A DNA stretch of 48,688 nucleotides from Gammaproteobacteria bacterium (lineage in GTDB: Bacteria > Pseudomonadota > Gammaproteobacteria > SZUA-229): assembly GCA_041589615.1 (NCBI GenBank), contig JBFHVK010000001.1:1-48688 (forward strand). Reading direction: 5' to 3'. The notes beneath the pieces are model-generated. The model did no database searches. It was not told the DNA's origin and worked only from the letters and a program-made list of their open reading frames with translations. Positions 42,042 through 48,688 of the stretch are shown piece by piece. Positions within the stretch are counted from its first letter, which is position 1. Each line of letters starts with the position of its first letter. Made by a program: the position numbers and the translations under genes.

Positions 42042-43467
42042 ACGCATAATTAACTTGCTTATATACATGGCGGATGCCTTTGATAAGTTTCATTTCCTCA
42101 TCCTGTAGCTCTTCAGCCTTATAGGCCAACACCTTCTCAGGTGTAAGTGCCTTGGCGAACTCTGCAAGGTTTAAGTGAGGGTCGAAGTCAGGAGTCATCA
42201 TCTCCCTGACATAATCAGGGTCATGCTTCCACATGTAATGCTGCTTAGTCCTGTCTTCGAGGCTGCTCATATCGCTACCACAAAGCTCATAACCTTCAGG
42301 AGCAACCAGACAACCACGGATATCACTACCATAAGGCTTATCAATGCCTGGAAGGTTAACCACCACCCGGTGCTTGAAGCGTAGCGTGTTGGTGAGTCCT
42401 TGCACTTCTGCTCGGACATAACCTTCCTCGTCTACATTCTCCAGAAAACCGTTCAGCACAGATATACGGTGAGTAAGGATAGTTAAGCCTTCTAACGGCT
42501 CAAGCCCCGGCTCTTTGGCAAACAGCTCTTTAACACTCCTGCATAGCCCCGGCCCTTTGCTCTTATCCTGTTGAATCTGTGGGATTTTCCTTACGTCTCC
42601 AGTCTCCTTATTCCTGTCATACTTGAAGGTTTCAGGCTCCCAACCCAAGGAATCCAACCAACTCTTTAGTTGAGGGATGGAGTTAGGGTTAGGTTCTTCC
42701 CAACTCTTTACATACTCAACAACTCCTTCGTAATCTTCTGGTAGGTTTTGCTCTTTAAGTAATGTAAACCAAGACTCACCAGCCACGGTAAGCTTCTTCA
42801 ACTTACCTTTCAGGTACATCTTATTAGGTTTGTGCTTCTTAGCCATCTTTGGCACAGGAGGCATAGCTGACTTAAGCTCTTCTACCTTCTGTTCTTTTTC
42901 AGCAGACAACCTATCAAACACTTCCCTGCATCTATCTACATCAAGCTTCCATCTATGTTGTTCTTGAAGCTGGGCACATTTTAATTTGAAAGAGAGGTAG
43001 TCAATGAGACGTAATGCCTCTTCCTCGCTGCCGTATAACTTAAGCAGCTTATCCCACATCTTCTTCCAAAGAAGCCTGTTGATCTCTACGTCAGTCTCAC
43101 AACGGTGAATGTAATCCTTAACGTCAAGATTTTCCCAGTCATCAATCTTAGGTTTCTCTACCCCTAACTCTTCCCCCCATTGCTCTAGTCCGTGCATTAA
43201 CCTGTCAGGGTACAAGTACCAAGAGAGGGCCAGTGTATCTACTAGCCTAGCCTCCACTTTAATATCTAACAATCTTTCGATTGCTGGGATATCATACCTG
43301 ATGATGTTGTGACCAACCAATATCTTAGCCTTCCCCATGTACTTACGGATGTTGGCATAGTTAGAGGTTGACTTTTTCTTCTTGTCCCCATCAACAGACA
43401 CAGACAAGCAATGGATTTTTGTAGGGGAGAGTCCGTCAGTTTCAATGTCGAACACATCTCCAATCAT
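42042..43467 (-). CDS. Family A DNA polymerase, exon 1 (3'-5' exonuclease, motif A, first half of motif B)
   Basis: It starts MIGDVFDIETDGL (ExoI), has CGSDMSSLEDR (motif A), and ends ..RHVYKQVNYA followed by an in-intron stop after 5 more codons. Confidence 0.85.
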
Positions 43468-43958
43468 CTACTAAATCTCTTAGCCATCTTCCTGTTGTGC
43501 ATATCTACAATGTACCGAACTTGGTGTTCAGCCATATCCTCTCGTATCTCAGAAATCTCTTTGATACGATAATTATACTTGTAGTATAAAGTTAAGACCT
43601 CCTTAGCAGGGGAATCTGGTAGTTTATTTACTGTCTTGATGATATGGTGCAACTCATCACCACGGAACACATCCTGTGCCTCGTCTTCTAGTTCAAGCTC
43701 ATCCACATCAGAGGTCATACCAAACTTACGCTCTGCTGTCATGTAGTCCTTAAGGGCGTTATTCAATGTTACAGTGAACCATCCCTCAAGGTTGCCTACA
43801 TCCTCATCCTTAAGGTAGCGTAAAGCTCTTTCAAACGCATTCATCACAACATCTTCTGCGTTCTCAATAGACCCAGCGCGTCGATGCACTGCTTTCACAT
43901 ACCTTTGGTAATTATCTTTGAACAACTTCTCAAGAGCTGCCTTACTTACTTCACTCAT
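43464..43958 (-). CDS. ECF-type sigma-70 family sigma factor
   Basis: I prefer the ATG at 43958 (MSEVSKAALEK) with an ATGA overlap to the upstream gene. It has region 2-like AEDVVMNAFERALRY..GWFTVTLNNALKDY and region 4-like EVLTLYYKYNYRIKEISE. Confidence 0.75.
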   Translation of the reverse strand: MSEVSKAALEKLFKDNYQRYVKAVHRRAGSIENAEDVVMNAFERALRYLKDEDVGNLEGWFTVTLNNALKDYMTAERKFGMTSDVDELELEDEAQDVFRGDELHHIIKTVNKLPDSPAKEVLTLYYKYNYRIKEISEIREDMAEHQVRYIVDMHNRKMAKRFSR

Positions 43959-44518
43959 TGGTGTTCCTTGTTTAATTTGCAATCCGGATGATGATCTAGC
44001 CAAGTGCAGCGGCCGTCGCAGAATTGCTCAGCTAACAGCGTGGGCGCTGCCGGTAGCGGCAACCAGTGAGTGACAATACCTTCGTTCACCGCAATACTGC
44101 TGTAATCGCCCCAGTTGTCGATGCACTCATACCAGCCTGCGGGCAGGTAATAGGCATCCTCCTGCTCGCTATACTCGAAGCACTCGGTATCAGGGTCTGA
44201 CAGGTCGTCCGCCTGAATCGTCCAAGCATCGACGTGCTGCGCGCGAATGCGCCGCTCCATGCCGTAGGTGTTCAGGTAGAAAGCCAGAACTGTTTGCCCG
44301 CTAGGCGGCTTTCGCTCACTGCAAGCTATCCATGCGGGCGTTTCCGGCTGCTCATCCTGCGGGGTGGCGACCGGAATCTGCTCATGCTCCAGCAGTCCGT
44401 CCAGTGCGGCGTACACATCCCCCATGTAAGGGCGGCCCTGCCGGTCTGAGAAGTCTTTGCACAGTTGCTTCACTGCATCCACAAACTGTCGGGATAGCAA
44501 GTGTTTAACTTCGCTCAT
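43955..44518 (-). CDS. DUF551-domain protein in a GC-rich patch
   Basis: The C-terminus reads WIACSERKPP..VLAFY.....GIVTHWLPLPAAP, as in DUF551. Local GC is about 60 percent against about 40-45 percent in the flanks. Confidence 0.7.
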   Translation of the reverse strand: MSEVKHLLSRQFVDAVKQLCKDFSDRQGRPYMGDVYAALDGLLEHEQIPVATPQDEQPETPAWIACSERKPPSGQTVLAFYLNTYGMERRIRAQHVDAWTIQADDLSDPDTECFEYSEQEDAYYLPAGWYECIDNWGDYSSIAVNEGIVTHWLPLPAAPTLLAEQFCDGRCTWLDHHPDCKLNKEHQ

Positions 44519-44581
44519 TGCTCACTCTCCAATTGCTTGTCAGGGTTGTATGCCCTACGGATAATCTCACAGATAGTCATG

Positions 44582-46246
44582 TCAATCCCTCATCTCATTA
44601 AACAATGTAGTGTTGTCGTCCCAGTATAATCTAGTACGACCTACCTCACCAAACTCACGGTCATCTAGCAATACCAATGTACGAATGTTCCTCTCCACCT
44701 TTGGTAAGTCAGGGTCTTTGTTCCCCTCAATACCGAACATGTAGTTACAGGAGCGTCCCATTGCACGAGAGCCAGCAAACTGTGAGGTGAGCACAGCACC
44801 ACCACGATCATGTGGTAAGCCACTCTCTGGATTACGCAAGTGACAGAAGATAAAGATCACAATGTTCAAGTCCTTAGCCATTGCTGATAGTTCTTGTGCA
44901 ATCTCTTGTAGCTTGGTGTTAGCCTCAGCAGCATTGATGCCATTGGTAAGGTTGGTGATAGGGTCAATGAATACAGCATCCACACCATCAGCGGCAGCAG
45001 CAATGATATCTGCCTTAAGAGTTTCCCAACCTAAGTGCTGGTATAAGTTTACCATGCACACCTTACGTCCAATCAAATGCTTGATAGCATTGTTGAACTT
45101 CTCTTCATCAAACTCTACCTTAGGGTCATGGAACCTAGCATGAGCAAGCTTACCTGCCAACAACTTAACTGTCTTGACATTAGCTTCCTCTGGCTTGGCA
45201 AGCATTACCTTCCAACCATGCTCTTCTACAAGGTGAGAGGCAATCTGATTAAGCAGCTCAGACTTACCCATCTTCTGGGCAGCACCAATGTAGATTGTCT
45301 CACCCTTACGAATACCACGAGTACGGTCAGTCACATCTTCCCAAGGCCAGCTAACACCAAACTCAGGTGGAGTCTTAGCCTCTTCCCAAATGTCATCAAG
45401 CCATACAAGCCTTGAGTTACTTGGGGTCTCAGCGTCCCACTTAGCTGCCTTATAAGCTTGCTTACCCTTACCTTCAATGAGACATTGGTTAGCATCCTTC
45501 AACGGCAACACAATAGACTTGGCATTAGGAAGCATCTTAAGGGCATCCTCAAGAGCTTTCTCTCCAGCCTTGTCTTTATCAAAGGACAACAACACTCCCT
45601 TCTTAAACAGCCTGTTAATATCTTTCAGGTGCCTTGCAATATCATTCTTGGCAGAGCTTGAGCCATTAACTAAAGATACAATAGCTGGGATGTATTCCTT
45701 ATACTCTTCCTTCTCATAGATTTCAAAGATACGATGCCATGCTAGGGCATCATTCTCACCTTCGCAGATAAGAAGTCTAGATGCACCAGATTCAACAGCT
45801 TGTTTCCAGCCGAACATGTCTACATCTTTCATGCCAGCTAGGTTCCAGAACCTTTTCTCCGGCATGTACTTCACTTTGTAATCTACAAGTTCATCCCCTC
45901 GGTAGTAGGGGAAGTATTGAAACTCAGGTGTCTCCCCATCCTGTTGACTTACCCCTACCTTAACACCGAACAGGGCCATTGTAGCACCACGTAAGCGTCT
46001 CTCAGGTAGGTCAATAGAATGGTATTGACTGATCTCCTCAATCTCCTCCTGAATCTCCTCAGGAGTCTTCTTGATACGTTTTGCTACAGGTATTTGGTCT
46101 GCCGTAACACCTTCCCCTAATGGGTCTTTGACAGGGGTACGGCAGTTGAAGCAATACCCAGATACACTACCGTCCTCATTACCAAATACCTGAAGCCCTT
46201 TCCTAGTACCACAAGAGTGTGGCAACTTGACAAGGCATTGCCCCAT
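44582..46246 (-). CDS. Bifunctional primase-helicase (T7 gp4-like)
   Basis: 554 aa with an N-terminal zinc finger (CGTRKG..CFNCRTP), a TOPRIM segment (LLICEGENDALA) and a DnaB-type Walker A (GAAQKMGKS). Confidence 0.9.
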   Translation of the reverse strand: MGQCLVKLPHSCGTRKGLQVFGNEDGSVSGYCFNCRTPVKDPLGEGVTADQIPVAKRIKKTPEEIQEEIEEISQYHSIDLPERRLRGATMALFGVKVGVSQQDGETPEFQYFPYYRGDELVDYKVKYMPEKRFWNLAGMKDVDMFGWKQAVESGASRLLICEGENDALAWHRIFEIYEKEEYKEYIPAIVSLVNGSSSAKNDIARHLKDINRLFKKGVLLSFDKDKAGEKALEDALKMLPNAKSIVLPLKDANQCLIEGKGKQAYKAAKWDAETPSNSRLVWLDDIWEEAKTPPEFGVSWPWEDVTDRTRGIRKGETIYIGAAQKMGKSELLNQIASHLVEEHGWKVMLAKPEEANVKTVKLLAGKLAHARFHDPKVEFDEEKFNNAIKHLIGRKVCMVNLYQHLGWETLKADIIAAAADGVDAVFIDPITNLTNGINAAEANTKLQEIAQELSAMAKDLNIVIFIFCHLRNPESGLPHDRGGAVLTSQFAGSRAMGRSCNYMFGIEGNKDPDLPKVERNIRTLVLLDDREFGEVGRTRLYWDDNTTLFNEMRD

Positions 46247-46248
46247 AA

Positions 46249-46455
46249 TTACTCCTTAAATCTTTTTGACAGCCAGTCTAAAGTAATACCTATGCATGTA
46301 AATAGACAAGCAGTTACAAGGATGGCTACAATAAATGGCCAAAACAGTCCAATGATAAATTGCACTACTGTATCTGTTTCCCCTTGCTCATAATCTACAA
46401 AGTAGTTAGCAACCAGTACTGCCACAACAAGGTAGATGAATAGCAGCAACAACAT
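46249..46455 (-). CDS. Small membrane protein (68 aa)
   Basis: Two TM helices (LLLLFIYLVVAVLVANYF and IIGLFWPFIVAILVTACLF). Confidence 0.6.
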   Translation of the reverse strand: MLLLLFIYLVVAVLVANYFVDYEQGETDTVVQFIIGLFWPFIVAILVTACLFTCIGITLDWLSKRFKE

Positions 46456-46466
46456 AAGTCACCTCC

Positions 46467-46829
46467 TTAACTTAATTCTTTAAGTCTATCGAACAGCTCA
46501 GAGGCTTCCTTGTCATTCTCTGCTAAGTATTTGTAGATGGCCATTTGCTCCACCTCTTTCTTCTTAGCTTCAAGCTTTTCAATGATGGACTTCTTCAGCT
46601 TTTCCTTCTCGATACGTGCTAAGTAATCCTTGTCATCAATCTTGCTTACTATCCATTTGGTTGCTATGTTCCTTGCACCTTCAGTTAAGGAATCAACAGT
46701 AACAGCAACATAGCCGTTACTAGGACTATCAACAATTACCTTCTCACCGAAACTTACGTCGAGGTCAGTTAGGTAATGATATACCTTAGGATTGCAATCA
46801 AAAGTAACACCAATAGTTTTTACGCTCAT
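46467..46829 (-). CDS. Hypothetical protein (120 aa)
   Basis: ORF with an ATGA overlap to the MazG gene and a coiled-coil C-terminus. Confidence 0.6.
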   Translation of the reverse strand: MSVKTIGVTFDCNPKVYHYLTDLDVSFGEKVIVDSPSNGYVAVTVDSLTEGARNIATKWIVSKIDDKDYLARIEKEKLKKSIIEKLEAKKKEVEQMAIYKYLAENDKEASELFDRLKELS

Positions 46830-47317
46830 TTCAAATCCTCTTCTTTAATAAACACACCACCTTCCACCATCTTGCCCTCCCTATTTTTAATCTTATTCCA
46901 AGCAAGTTCCATACATTCCTCTTGGTCAATACCTTCTGAGATTAAGAATAGTTTTAATTTATCATAGCACCTCAATAGGAAGTATGGATCATTGTGTGAC
47001 AAGGATGAGGTGACACACACCCCATTAAGGTAATACTGGGAGCTCTTGTGAATTAACTCATTGCCAAAGACAGGCTCAAGCAATACCTTAAGCACACTGT
47101 CAGACATTTCACTGCAAATAGTCAACAGCGCAAGCACATCACCAATCTCCATCTTAAGCTTGTCAACATTACCTTTTAGGTATTCATCAACAACCTCACC
47201 CACTTCAGTGAATAGCTTGAGTACTTGTGTCTGGTAATTGGAATGCTCAAGGATACCACGATCAGTGGCCCATTGCAATACATTCTTTTTGAAATCAACG
47301 GTAGTCATCAACATCAC
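46826..47317 (-). CDS. mazG: MazG-type nucleoside triphosphate pyrophosphohydrolase
   Basis: The segment LFTEVGEVVDEY...KMEIGDVLALLTI is the EExxE...ExxD pattern of all-alpha NTP-PPases. The start (GTG 47317, ATG 47314 or ATG 47308) overlaps the ATP-grasp stop. Confidence 0.75.
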   Translation of the reverse strand: MMLMTTVDFKKNVLQWATDRGILEHSNYQTQVLKLFTEVGEVVDEYLKGNVDKLKMEIGDVLALLTICSEMSDSVLKVLLEPVFGNELIHKSSQYYLNGVCVTSSLSHNDPYFLLRCYDKLKLFLISEGIDQEECMELAWNKIKNREGKMVEGGVFIKEEDLK

Positions 47318-48182
47318 CTAGTACAACATTAGCATCATTATTAAATGCAATATTGTTGAAGTTTGCTTGCAACCAATCCTTAGGAATATCTCTTGGTTTT
47401 TGCATTACTAGCACAGCTTCTGGAGGGGCCAGATACTCGGCAATAGCATTAGCATAACTATCAACAGTACTGCCTTCTAAGCCCGGTGCTGTGTTAACTT
47501 CCAGCACATAGGCTTGCCCACGCTTCTCGTTGAAGATAACATCCACTGCACCAAACACCAAACCTAATGCTTCTACAGCTTGGATAGCGTTGTAGATGAC
47601 AGAACGTGGCACTTCACCAAGGGCTTCCCCTTTAGCAAACACAAAACCATTGGCGTAGCTCCGTACCTTCCAATTGATCTGGTCATCAGGTACATCCATA
47701 CGTCGTGCCTTACGACGTACATCAATCACCTTACCATTGAAAACATGCACACGATACTCAGACTTCTTAGGGATATACATTGTGTACAATGGGGCATCAA
47801 CAAGTTGGCCACCCTCAGTTGCAATGACAATACCCTCCCCTGAATGGCCATTTAACTTCTGGCGGCAAACAACTGCACAGCCACCACGTAGCCACACCTC
47901 GGCTATCAAGGGGTCAGTTGCATAGTCTGGGATTGCCACATCACCTGCTCCCAAAGTATCTAAGCACACAAGCTTATCACTTGCCTTGCCCACTGCCTCT
48001 GGGGAGTTGATTACCTTGGCACCAATGACATTCTCAGGGAGGTTACTAGAGCCCCAGTTAATCACTGTCTTTTCTTCAGTGCCCACAAACTTACTGTTCT
48101 TATGGCGGATTAACTTGGCACCGATAGCTTCTGCCAAAACTTTAGCTGAGGCTGAGCCTGCTTTATACGGATAGATAAACAT
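47295..48182 (-). CDS. ATP-grasp (RimK-like) carboxylate-amine ligase
   Basis: 295 aa with KLNGHSGEGI, EYRVHVFNGKVIDV and AVDVIF...YVLEVNTAPGL, typical ATP-grasp strands. Confidence 0.85.
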   Translation of the reverse strand: MFIYPYKAGSASAKVLAEAIGAKLIRHKNSKFVGTEEKTVINWGSSNLPENVIGAKVINSPEAVGKASDKLVCLDTLGAGDVAIPDYATDPLIAEVWLRGGCAVVCRQKLNGHSGEGIVIATEGGQLVDAPLYTMYIPKKSEYRVHVFNGKVIDVRRKARRMDVPDDQINWKVRSYANGFVFAKGEALGEVPRSVIYNAIQAVEALGLVFGAVDVIFNEKRGQAYVLEVNTAPGLEGSTVDSYANAIAEYLAPPEAVLVMQKPRDIPKDWLQANFNNIAFNNDANVVLGDVDDYR

Positions 48183-48688
48183 TAGAAGTCCTCCAAAGGT
48201 TCTTCATAAACAACCCCATCACGCTTGGGGAATTTTAAACCACCAATTTCAATGTACTGGAATAGCTTGTCCCAATCTGCTGCATAAGCAATGTGCTGGG
48301 CCAGACGCACCCCTTTCATTACATCCTTCTCCCATCCATCATACAGTTTGAGGTACTTAAACATCTGCCCAAACACACGTTGAGTGAAACCTTCAATCTC
48401 GTTAACTGAGATGTGCTCAACAACCTCAGTTGGGTTATTGAAAGTACGGGCAGCCTCACGTAATTGATGTACCAGCTTTACCCAACGAACAACCTCCATC
48501 ACCTTAGGTGTGGTACGCATGGCACGGAACTCCACGGAACCATACTTAAACAAGGAGGTGACATTGAGGGCAGCATAACGCAAATCATCGGTGCGTAATG
48601 CTTGCATGTCGGCGCTGCTAATAGCATTACTAATAGCAGCCACAATAGCCTTGGCATCCCCAGCCCGCAGGCAGAACAAGTTGCCCTC
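48182..48688 (-). CDS. Amidoligase_2-type ligase, 3' part (continuation of 1..525 through the junction)
   Basis: 507 nt are exactly 169 codons in frame with 1..525 after removing the 141-nt overlap. The segment VEFRAMRTT is typical of the family. The stop shares nt 48182 with the ATP-grasp ATG (TAATG). Confidence 0.85.
   Translation of the reverse strand, partial: EGNLFCLRAGDAKAIVAAISNAISSADMQALRTDDLRYAALNVTSLFKYGSVEFRAMRTTPKVMEVVRWVKLVHQLREAARTFNNPTEVVEHISVNEIEGFTQRVFGQMFKYLKLYDGWEKDVMKGVRLAQHIAYAADWDKLFQYIEIGGLKFPKRDGVVYEEPLEDF
48548..48688. repeat. Terminal overlap, copy 2 (identical to 1..141)
   Basis: See copy 1. Confidence 0.95.

Noticed and set aside
1-48688. Lysogeny module, toxin-antitoxin systems, or known defence or anti-defence genes
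   Set aside because: I recognised no integrase, recombinase, CI/Cro-like pair or known anti-defence motif in any ORF. Small early orphans (5104..8372) remain unassigned and could hide such functions.

Overview
The first 141 nt are identical to the last 141 nt, so this window is a circularly closed assembly of a complete tailed dsDNA phage genome with a unique length of 48,547 bp. I saw no integrase or repressor, so the phage is probably virulent. Two gene arms diverge from a 1.25-kb ORF-free, palindrome-rich and CTAG-rich hub (8373..9627). They converge on a bidirectional terminator (31704..31734). The plus arm (9628..31698) carries a tail-fibre cassette, TerS/TerL, portal, scaffold and major capsid. 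It continues with a T7-ordered tail-tube and internal-core block (including a 1580-aa protein and an embedded GNAT), an M15 endolysin and a holin. The minus arm starts with class II RNR plus thioredoxin, PhoH, an atypical ThyX, a HAD phosphatase, a DnaQ-like exonuclease and two MazG-type NTP pyrophosphohydrolases. It then carries a frame-disrupted T7 gp6-like exonuclease, a gp2.5-like SSB, an ECF-type sigma factor and a gp4-like primase-helicase. The family A DNA polymerase in this arm is interrupted in motif B by a candidate group I intron carrying an EndoVII/HNH ORF. There is no phage RNA polymerase. The arm ends with two tRNA-Arg genes (CCU, UCU) and small early genes. The most interesting element is a tightly coupled nine-gene operon that wraps the contig junction (46826..48688 plus 1..5111). 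It encodes MazG, an ATP-grasp ligase, two different glutamine-synthetase-fold amidoligases, a class II (Ntn) and a class I/C26 amidotransferase, and three orphan proteins. This gene set is known only from comparative genomics (phiEco32-type) and, to my knowledge, has no defined product. It is a candidate metabolite, peptide or nucleotide/DNA-modification pathway. Other points are a conserved promoter-like motif with an exact 17-bp spacer (three copies, one orphaned at the terminator), a second GGGKCATATAAG motif and 10-bp-phased CTGTAAG repeats around the tRNAs. Two GC-rich mosaic patches stand out as well: a DUF551 gene, and the tail-fibre tip with its chaperone. All functional calls rest on my own recognition of motifs and synteny; no database search was run.
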